Part shown: positions 1 to 5,324 of the stretch, in pieces | Position numbering within the stretch: the stretch's first letter is position 1 | Layout: each line of letters opens with the position of its first letter | Source: an uncultured Gammaproteobacteria bacterium | GTDB taxonomy: Bacteria > Patescibacteriota > Patescibacteriia > UBA2591 > UBA6264 | Direction: 5' to 3' | Assembly (NCBI GenBank): GCA_964507075.1 | Contig: CAZDOL010000011.1 | Location: 5,342-14,136 of the forward strand | DNA length: 8,795 nucleotides | Position numbers and translations under genes: made by a program | The notes under the pieces: generated by a model | Database searches by the model: none | What the model saw: only the letters and a program-made list of their open reading frames with translations | What the model was told of the DNA's origin: nothing

Positions 1-51
1 CTATGCTTTATGCTATTCTTAAGATAACAAAAGATAGAAATAAAAATTAAT

Positions 52-98
52 ATTATAAGAACCTGCTCACTGTGTTCGCAGAACCTTGAAATTAAATT
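52..98. repeat. Copy 1 of a perfect 47-bp direct repeat core (ATTATAAGAACCTGCTCACTGTGTTCGCAGAACCTTGAAATTAAATT)
   Basis: Identical 47-mer recurs at 127-173 (period 75 bp). It contains two AGAACCT heptamers starting at 58 and 80 (22 bp apart). It is part of a larger diverged 75-bp tandem unit (52-126). Confidence 0.95.
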
Positions 99-126
99 TT
101 TATTGCATAAATAATAAGGTAATTTA

Positions 127-173
127 ATTATAAGAACCTGCTCACTGTGTTCGCAGAACCTTGAAATTAAATT
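127..173. repeat. Copy 2 of the perfect 47-bp direct repeat core
   Basis: 47/47 identity to 52-98, with AGAACCT heptamers starting at 133 and 155. The 28-nt flank after each core (99-126 vs 174-200) aligns at only about 20/28 positions with one gap. Copy 2 ends about 30 nt upstream of the ATG at 204. Confidence 0.95.
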
Positions 174-203
174 CTATTTCATAAACATTAATGTATTTTA
201 ATT

Positions 204-719
204 ATGGAAAGACCTACTAAAGCAGAATATTATTTAGGCATAGCCAAGAATATTGGCTCTCGCTCTACTTGTTTTCGTAATAATTTGGGAGCGATAATTG
301 TCAGAGAAGATCAAATTGTAGCCACTGGTTATATTGGAGCTCCGCGCCAAACAAAGGATTGTTTTGAGAGGGGTGAATGTTTGCGTGATACTCTTAAAAT
401 TTCACATGGTGAACGTTATGAAGTTTGTCGCTCAGTTCATGCTGAACAAAACGCGATTATTAATGCTGCTCGCGCTGGTTCATCTATTTTGGGTGGCGAT
501 ATGTATATTTCTGGAGAAACAAATGATGGAGAGAAAATAGATACTTTTCCTTGTTTTATTTGCAAAAAAATGATTATGAACTCGGGCTTAGAAAGAGTTA
601 TTTGTTCTACCAAAGATAAGGGCATAAAAGTTTTTTTAGTTGAAGATTGGATTAAAGATTGGCAGAAAAAAGACATTTTAGACGATAAGTTTCAATACGG
701 ACAAGACCAAAATTTTTGA
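204..719 (+). CDS. comEB: dCMP (deoxycytidylate) deaminase, ComEB-like, cytidine/deoxycytidylate deaminase zinc-binding family
   Basis: 171-aa ORF. Zinc-site motifs H-A-E (HAEQNAI, codons at 438-446) and P-C-x-x-C (PCFICKKM, from 549). N-terminal 'YYLGIAKNIGSRSTCFRNNLGAIIV...ATGYIGAP' and the Cys-containing insert before HAE (CFERGECL...VCRSVHAE) resemble B. subtilis ComEB and other dCMP deaminases. TGA stop. Confidence 0.88.
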   Translation: MERPTKAEYYLGIAKNIGSRSTCFRNNLGAIIVREDQIVATGYIGAPRQTKDCFERGECLRDTLKISHGERYEVCRSVHAEQNAIINAARAGSSILGGDMYISGETNDGEKIDTFPCFICKKMIMNSGLERVICSTKDKGIKVFLVEDWIKDWQKKDILDDKFQYGQDQNF

Positions 720-737
720 GTAATTAAATATCAATAT

Positions 738-1109
738 ATGATCAATTTAAAAGAATTAAAAAAAAGTTTTAAATCCGCTTTTAATGGATTGTGTATTGCC
801 GTCAAAGAAGAACAAACATTTAAAGTTCAAATTATAGTGAGCTTGATAGTTATAGTTTTAATGTTTGTTTTGCGTTTAAGTAACATAGAGAAGGTGATTT
901 TATTTTTGTTCATAACCTCTGTTTTGGGAATGGAATTAATTAATTCTCAGATTGAAAGAATCTTAGATTTTTCTCATTTAGGATTCCATCCCAAGATTAA
1001 ACGCATTAAAGACCTTTCAGCGGCAGCTGTTTTAGTGGTTTCTCTCGGGGCCCTTTTGGGTGGCCTGTTGATTTTAGGTCCAGCTTTATTAGAAGTTTTA
1101 GGTATCTAA
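738..1109 (+). CDS. dgkA: Diacylglycerol kinase / undecaprenol kinase family membrane protein (prokaryotic DgkA family)
   Basis: 123 aa, about the size of E. coli DgkA (122 aa). 'FKSAFNGLCIAVKEEQTFKVQ' and 'MELINSQIERILDF...IKRIKDLSAAAVLV' align with DgkA 'IKAAGYSWKGLRAAWINEAAFRQE' and 'VEILNSAIEAVVD...RAKDMGSAAVLI'. Three hydrophobic helices. Starts 18 nt after the deaminase stop. Confidence 0.88.
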   Translation: MINLKELKKSFKSAFNGLCIAVKEEQTFKVQIIVSLIVIVLMFVLRLSNIEKVILFLFITSVLGMELINSQIERILDFSHLGFHPKIKRIKDLSAAAVLVVSLGALLGGLLILGPALLEVLGI

Positions 1110-1120
1110 ATAAAATTAGT

Positions 1121-1154
1121 AAAAAGTTGAGGAACCGAGTTCCTCAATTTTTTT
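1121..1154 (+). terminator. Rho-independent terminator after dgkA
   Basis: Perfect 9-bp stem TTGAGGAAC (1127-1135) / GTTCCTCAA (1139-1147), 3-nt loop CGA, then T7 (1148-1154). A5 at 1121-1125 could extend the stem or allow bidirectional function. Lies 12 nt after the dgkA stop. Confidence 0.85.
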
Positions 1155-1160
1155 ATTTAC

Positions 1161-1188
1161 TTGCAGATTTATGTTAATTTGTTAAAAT
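1161..1188 (+). promoter_or_regulatory. Sigma-70-type promoter candidate for parA (TTGCAG - 16 nt - TGtTAAAAT)
   Basis: -35-like TTGCAG 1161-1166. Extended -10 with TG at 1180-1181 and TAAAAT at 1183-1188. Sits immediately after the terminator and before parA. AT-rich background raises the false-positive risk. Confidence 0.5.
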
Positions 1189-1192
1189 TAGA

Positions 1193-1990
1193 ATGTATTT
1201 AATGGACAATATGGTTATGAAAAAACCAGTGGTTATTACAATTTGCAATCGTAAAGGCGGGACTGGCAAAACCAGCGTGGCTATTAATTTAGCAGCTTAT
1301 TTATCCCGTTTAGGCAAGAAGGTTTTACTTATTGACTTAGACCCACAGGCTAATGCTACTTCTGGTTTAGGTGTTACCAATAATCAGAATGGGATTTATG
1401 AGGTTTTAAGTCAAAAAATTTCGTTAACAGATAGTATGGTTGCAACACGTGGTAATCTCTGGTTATCTCCTTCCAGCGAAAATTTGGCTGGAGCTGATGT
1501 TGAAATTGTTGATGTAGAAAACAGAGAATCAATTTTATCTCGCATTCTTAATTCTTTTATTCAAAACGATAATCCAGATATAGATTTTATTCTCATTGAC
1601 ACTGCTCCTTCTTTAAGTTTAATCACTATCAATAGTTTAGTTGCTGCTGATAAAGTTTTAATTCCTGTTCAAGCAGAATATTTTGCCCTAGAAGGATTGG
1701 GACAACTTTGCAAAACTATTGATTTAGTAAAAACCAATTTGCAACCAAATTTAAATATATTAGGAGCTGTTGTTACTATGTATGACGCTAGAAGCAAACT
1801 CTCTCTGGAGGTTTGGCAAGAATTATATCGTCATTTCCCTCATCCTATTTTTAGAACAGTTATTCCTCGCAATGTTCGTTTAGCTGAAGCCCCAAGTTAT
1901 GGCCAAACTATATTAGAATATGCTCCTCACTCTAAGGGGGCTCGCGCTTTTCGCCGTTTAACTAAAGAATTCCTATCTCTTAATAAATAG
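1193..1990 (+). CDS. parA: ParA/Soj chromosome-partitioning ATPase (deviant Walker A family)
   Basis: Deviant Walker A 'NRKGGTGKTS' (KGGTGKT from 1253), 'VLLIDLDPQANAT', Walker B-like 'DFILIDTAPSL', 'VLIPVQAEYFALEGL', 'IPRNVRLAEAPSYGQ'. Coordinates give the maximal ORF. In-frame ATGs at 1202, 1211 and 1217 (MKKPVVITICN...) are equally or more plausible starts. TAG stop. Confidence 0.93.
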   Translation: MYLMDNMVMKKPVVITICNRKGGTGKTSVAINLAAYLSRLGKKVLLIDLDPQANATSGLGVTNNQNGIYEVLSQKISLTDSMVATRGNLWLSPSSENLAGADVEIVDVENRESILSRILNSFIQNDNPDIDFILIDTAPSLSLITINSLVAADKVLIPVQAEYFALEGLGQLCKTIDLVKTNLQPNLNILGAVVTMYDARSKLSLEVWQELYRHFPHPIFRTVIPRNVRLAEAPSYGQTILEYAPHSKGARAFRRLTKEFLSLNK

Positions 1991-2015
1991 TAATATTATT
2001 TTTGTAGTTTTATTT

Positions 2016-2036
2016 CTTGCAGGTTGGACCTGCAAG
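2016..2036 (+). other. Perfect 8-bp stem / 5-nt loop hairpin in the parA-DUF192 spacer, with no U-tract
   Basis: CTTGCAGG (2016-2023), loop TTGGA, CCTGCAAG (2029-2036). Followed by AAGTTCC rather than a T run, so it is not a canonical intrinsic terminator. Function unknown. Confidence 0.6.
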
Positions 2037-2070
2037 AAGTTCCTAAACCTAAATAAGGAAAGTGAAATGT

Positions 2071-2526
2071 ATGCAGAAAGTTTTAATTTTGACCTTAGTA
2101 TTGTTTTTAGTTTTGTTATTAGTGTTGTTGTTTGGAGTTTTTCAAAAGAAAAAGCAAGGTCAAGTGTGTTTTAATGATTATTGTTTTGAGGTTGAAATAG
2201 CTCAAAATTTGGCACAAAGGACAAAGGGTCTGATGTTTAGAGAAAAGTTGGAAGAAAATCAAGGCATGCTTTTTGTTTTTAGTTCAGAAAAACAGCATAG
2301 TTTTTGGATGAAAAATGTTTCTTTTCCTTTAGATATCCTTTGGTTAAATAGTAATCAAGAGGTTGTTTTTATTAGTCATAATAGTCAACCTTGTGTTGGG
2401 TTAAAATGTTTGGCTATTAAGCCTAACCAGAAAGCCCAATATGTCTTAGAGATTAAAGGAGGATTAGCTGATAAAATCGGCATCAAGGAAGGAAGTAAAT
2501 TAATTTTTAGTGAAAATATTATTTGA
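2071..2526 (+). CDS. DUF192 (COG1430) family exported protein with N-terminal signal anchor
   Basis: Motifs 'RTKGLMFREKL...GMLFVF...FWMKNVSFPLDILWLN' match the DUF192 signature (GLM..., GMLF, fWMknt..pLDi). N-terminal hydrophobic segment VLILTLVLFLVLLLVLLFGVF followed by KKK. Start set at ATG 2071, 11 nt after AAGGAA (2055-2060), the only clear Shine-Dalgarno in the window. The track's GTG at 2062 abuts that RBS. Two Cx4C pairs (2167-2184, 2392-2409). TGA stop. Confidence 0.85.
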   Translation: MQKVLILTLVLFLVLLLVLLFGVFQKKKQGQVCFNDYCFEVEIAQNLAQRTKGLMFREKLEENQGMLFVFSSEKQHSFWMKNVSFPLDILWLNSNQEVVFISHNSQPCVGLKCLAIKPNQKAQYVLEIKGGLADKIGIKEGSKLIFSENII

Positions 2527-2560
2527 TAATTATAAATTATTTTTTAAGTTAAAAAATTCT

Positions 2561-4021
2561 ATGAAAGTAAAGGGAACGTTGACTATTATTTTTTTAATCG
2601 CTTTGTTTTTCATTCCTCAATTTAGTCAAGCGCAAGAATCTCAAATTGAGCATGATTTTTGTATGGTATATTTTACGGGAGTAGGTTGCACTCATTGCGC
2701 TAATGCCGATCCAATTGTTTTAACCCAATTACCGTCTGAATATTCTAATTTAGTAGTAGTGGAGTATGAGGTTTATCAGAATAGAGGGAATGCTCCTCTA
2801 TTGTATCAATATGATGAAAAATATAATTCTGGATTAGGGATTCCTTTGTTGATTTTCGGAGAAGACGATAAACTTGCTGGTGATAATCCTATTTTGAGAA
2901 ATATTAGAAAAATTATTGAAGAAAAACAAACCAATCCCTTAGCTTGTTTAAATGGGTTAATGTCTTGTTTCTGTGAAACCAACATAAACGATTTGCCTAG
3001 GTTTCCTAAAATTTGGCAACAAGGAAAAATTTTAATTAAAGACAAAACATCTAATGAGTTGTTATTATCAAAAACAAAAAGTGACCAATTATTTAAAGCA
3101 TTATTAAAGTCATATGATATAGAAAAGAATTTAGAGGGAATTGAATATGAAAAAATAACTCCGCTAAAGGTTGCTTTATCTAGTCAAAATATTGAATTTG
3201 ATAAAGCTATAAAAATAGGAGATTGGGTTTTTCAATGGAATGATGGAGGACGAAAAGAGAATTGGATTATAGCTGATGAAGAAAACAAAGATAAGGGTGA
3301 AGAATTATTGGTAGAAGGATCTCAGCCAAAATTTACTATTGCAAAGATTCTATCATTAGCAATTGTTGATGCTATAAATCCATGTGCTTTAGCTGTTTTG
3401 ATTTTAATGTTAACCGCAATTTTAGCATATAATCCAGGAAAAAGAAAAAATATTATTTTGGCTGGATTAGCTTTTGTATCAGCAGTTTTTATAATGTATT
3501 TAATTTATGGATTGCTTATTGTTAAATTTTTTCAAGTAATACAGGGATTGAGCGCGATTAGATTATGGTTGTATAGGGCACTAGGGCTTATAGCGATTGT
3601 TCTTGGAGTATTAAATATTAAGGATTTTATTAAATATAAGCCAGGCAGTATTGGAACAGAAATGCCAATGTTCATGCGACCGAAAGTTAAAAAAATTATT
3701 TCTGGAATTACTTCTCCAAAAGGAGCTTTTGTTGTTGGACTTTTTGTGACTTTATTTCTTTTGCCCTGCACTATTGGTCCCTATATTATTGTAGGCGGAA
3801 TTTTATCTGCCTTAGAATTCTTAAAAATTTTGCCTTTGTTAATTTTTTATAATTTAGTTTTTGTAACCCCCATGCTTGTTATTATAGGTTTGGTGTATTG
3901 GAGATTTAGTAAAATAGGAGATGTCTCAGTATGGAAAGAAAAAAATATAAATAAGCTTCATTTAATAACTGGTTTAATAATGTTTATTCTTGGGATAGCG
4001 ATGGTTTTTTCATTGATATAA
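2561..4021 (+). CDS. Exported thioredoxin-fold (CxxC) domain fused via an unassigned middle region to a CcdA/DsbD-type six-TM thiol-disulfide electron-transfer membrane domain
   Basis: Start at ATG 2561 gives the signal peptide MKVKGTLTIIFLIALFFIPQFSQA|QE. Trx-like 'MVYFTGVGCTHCANA' (CxxC codons 2687-2698) with a later 'GIPLLIF' cis-Pro-like strand. About 120 aa are unassigned. There are six predicted TM helices, with the hallmark Cys in TM1 ('DAINPCALAV', TGT 3383-3385) and in TM4 ('FLLPCTIGPY', TGC 3767-3769), as in CcdA/DsbD-beta. The track's GTG start at 2510 would overlap DUF192 and bury the signal peptide. Confidence 0.8.
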   Translation: MKVKGTLTIIFLIALFFIPQFSQAQESQIEHDFCMVYFTGVGCTHCANADPIVLTQLPSEYSNLVVVEYEVYQNRGNAPLLYQYDEKYNSGLGIPLLIFGEDDKLAGDNPILRNIRKIIEEKQTNPLACLNGLMSCFCETNINDLPRFPKIWQQGKILIKDKTSNELLLSKTKSDQLFKALLKSYDIEKNLEGIEYEKITPLKVALSSQNIEFDKAIKIGDWVFQWNDGGRKENWIIADEENKDKGEELLVEGSQPKFTIAKILSLAIVDAINPCALAVLILMLTAILAYNPGKRKNIILAGLAFVSAVFIMYLIYGLLIVKFFQVIQGLSAIRLWLYRALGLIAIVLGVLNIKDFIKYKPGSIGTEMPMFMRPKVKKIISGITSPKGAFVVGLFVTLFLLPCTIGPYIIVGGILSALEFLKILPLLIFYNLVFVTPMLVIIGLVYWRFSKIGDVSVWKEKNINKLHLITGLIMFILGIAMVFSLI

Positions 4022-4041
4022 GTTTTGAATTGTGGTAAAAT
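4013..4041 (+). promoter_or_regulatory. Sigma-70-type promoter candidate for parB (TTGATA - 17 nt - TGgTAAAAT)
   Basis: -35 TTGATA 4013-4018 (5/6 to TTGACA, overlapping the last codons of the upstream CDS), a 17-nt spacer, and an extended -10 with TG at 4033-4034 and TAAAAT at 4036-4041. Same TGnTAAAAT form as the parA candidate. About 42 nt upstream of the parB ATG. Confidence 0.5.
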
Positions 4042-4083
4042 ATATAATTAGGAATTAGTTATTAGAAATTAATTATTGTTTAT

Positions 4084-4935
4084 ATGCCTTTGGGTCGAGG
4101 ATTAGAATCATTAATACCAGTAAAAATAATTAAAAAAGTTACTTTAGATGGGCTTTCGCAAACAGGTGAGCGTGTTAACGAAATCCCAGTTGAACAAATT
4201 GATCCCAGTCCTAATCAACCACGCAAGAATTTTGCTCGGGCGGATATGGAAGAATTAATTAATTCTGTTAGGACAAATGGCATTATCCAACCATTAATTT
4301 TAATCAAAAAAGAACAGGGGAGATATGAAATTATAGCAGGAGAAAGGCGTTGGCGTTCAGCTAAAATTATAGGACTAAAAACAGTGCCATCTTTAGTTAG
4401 AGCAATTAATGTTAACAAGAAATTAGAGATTGCTTTATTAGAGAATATTCAAAGAAAAGACTTGAACGCCATAGAAAAGGCCCGCGCTTATCAAAGGTTG
4501 ATTGATGAATTTAATTTAACTCAAGAAAATATTTCCAAAAGATTAGGTATGGCTCGAGCAACAGTTGCTAATACTTTGCGTTTATTGAGATTGCCCGAAG
4601 TTATTCAAAACGCCATAGAGCAAGAAAAAATTAGCGAAGGTCATGCTAAGACACTTTCTTCAATTAATGATCCAGTCAAACAGGAAACATTACTCAAAAG
4701 AATATTGGGCCTAGGGTTAACTGTTAGAGAGACTGCCAAAATGATAAACAATAAGAGGGTAAGAAAAGCAATCAAAACTAATCCAGATTTAGAAGAAAAA
4801 GAAAAAATATTATCTAGAGCATTAGATACAAAGGTTAAGATTCGTCAGTCTGGAAAAAAAATTAAGATTTTAATAGAGGTTTACAATCAAGAAGATTTAG
4901 ATATAATAATAGAGAGAATGAAATTAAATAATTAA
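4084..4935 (+). CDS. parB: ParB/Spo0J chromosome-partitioning protein (ParB N-terminal nuclease-like/CTPase domain plus HTH)
   Basis: 'MPLGRGLESLIP' N-terminus, 'IPVEQIDPSPNQPRKNF', ParB box 'IIQPLILIKKEQGRYEIIAGERRWRSAKIIGL', 'ALLENIQRKDLNAIEKARAYQRL', HTH 'TQENISKRLGMARATVANTLRLLRLP'. 283 aa. Confidence 0.95.
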   Translation: MPLGRGLESLIPVKIIKKVTLDGLSQTGERVNEIPVEQIDPSPNQPRKNFARADMEELINSVRTNGIIQPLILIKKEQGRYEIIAGERRWRSAKIIGLKTVPSLVRAINVNKKLEIALLENIQRKDLNAIEKARAYQRLIDEFNLTQENISKRLGMARATVANTLRLLRLPEVIQNAIEQEKISEGHAKTLSSINDPVKQETLLKRILGLGLTVRETAKMINNKRVRKAIKTNPDLEEKEKILSRALDTKVKIRQSGKKIKILIEVYNQEDLDIIIERMKLNN

Positions 4936-4947
4936 ATTGATTCTATT

Positions 4948-5175
4948 ATGGCTATTGAGGTTAGAAGAAAGCAAAAAGAGGCGTTAAATGTTTTTTTGCG
5001 TCGTTTTTCCGAAAAGGTAAAGCGAAGTGGTATTATTAATCAATCTAAAAAAGCAAGATTTCGCGTTAAGCCCAAAAGCAAAAATTTAAGAAGAAAAAGC
5101 GCTTTGGAACGCAATAAAAAAACCGAAAGGATAAATTTTTTAAAAAAGATAGGCAAATTAAAGCCAGGAAAATAA
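4948..5175 (+). CDS. rpsU: 30S ribosomal protein bS21
   Basis: 75-aa highly basic protein. 'EALNVFLRRFSEKVKRSGII...ARFRVKPKSK..RRKSALER' parallels E. coli S21 'DVALRRFKRSCEKAGVL...[20 protein letters not shown]'. Starts 12 nt after the parB stop. Confidence 0.8.
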   Translation: MAIEVRRKQKEALNVFLRRFSEKVKRSGIINQSKKARFRVKPKSKNLRRKSALERNKKTERINFLKKIGKLKPGK

Positions 5176-5225
5176 AATAAGCTATTTATGGTTTATAAGC
5201 ATAATAGTTGTTAACATAAAAAGTT

Positions 5226-5324
5226 ATGTATTTTCAACGACCCAAGACGAACAAGTTTCTTTTAGTTGCTTCTATTTCTTTAATTTTTCTTTTTGTTTTA
5301 ATCGTACCATCTTTAGTTCAGGCT
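5226..5324 (+). other. Predicted Sec signal peptide of the giant protein (aa 1-33)
   Basis: Basic n-region (RPKTNK), 20-residue hydrophobic core, and V-Q-A|Q-D, which fits the A-x-A-type signal peptidase I rule. Confidence 0.7.

Noticed and set aside
1-51. Possible 3' end of an upstream + strand gene (frames end at 20-22, 25-27 or 48-50) or a promoter region
   Set aside because: The sequence is too short to support any coding call and has no recognisable motif. It is left unannotated.
56-90. tRNA-like or structured-RNA element within the repeat core (GTTC-GCA-GAAC, CTGC...GCAG)
   Set aside because: Only 4-bp stems are possible, and there is no cloverleaf or extended helix. The internal similarity is direct (AGAACCT x2), not inverted.
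52-173. 47-bp repeats interpreted as a mini CRISPR array
   Set aside because: There are only two copies. The 28-nt 'spacer' is itself homologous to the sequence following copy 2, so this is a tandem duplication. No cas genes are present, and the repeat has no real palindromic stem.
334-540. 68-aa + strand ORF in an alternate frame inside the deaminase gene
   Set aside because: It lies entirely within the well-supported 204-719 CDS, and its product is low-complexity with no motifs. It is a typical AT-rich shadow ORF.
437-676. 79-aa antisense ORF opposite the deaminase gene
   Set aside because: It is completely overlapped by a CDS with clear catalytic motifs, and it has no start context or recognisable domain.
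1443-1458. CACGTG core (GCAACACGTGGTAAT) within parA as a possible parS
   Set aside because: The flanks do not match the TGTTT/AAACA arms of parS. Only the 6-bp core is shared.
2016-2036. Hairpin after parA as a rho-independent terminator
   Set aside because: No T-tract follows it on the + strand, and there is no equivalent on the - strand. It is kept only as an unexplained hairpin.
2510-2560. GTG-initiated N-terminal extension of the Trx-CcdA ORF (and GTG 2062 for DUF192), as given in the track
   Set aside because: The 2510 start overlaps the DUF192 3' end and places 17 residues ahead of an otherwise perfect signal peptide. GTG 2062 sits only about 2 nt from the SD, whereas ATG 2071 has proper spacing.
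2966-2980. parS-like palindrome TGTTTCTGTGAAACC inside the Trx-CcdA gene, between parA and parB
   Set aside because: The GTTTC/GAAAC arms are separated by 3 nt rather than the 4 nt (ACGT) of canonical parS TGTTTCACGTGAAACA. It is one base short and lacks the central CACGTG. It is most likely chance, and worth retesting only if ParB ChIP data exist.
2806-3771. Two 79-aa antisense ORFs (2806-3045 and 3532-3771) opposite the Trx-CcdA gene
   Set aside because: Both are embedded in a CDS with coherent signal peptide, CxxC and six-TM logic. The antisense products show no features.
4215-4418. 67-aa antisense ORF opposite parB
   Set aside because: It overlaps the most conserved ParB-box region of a confidently identified gene.
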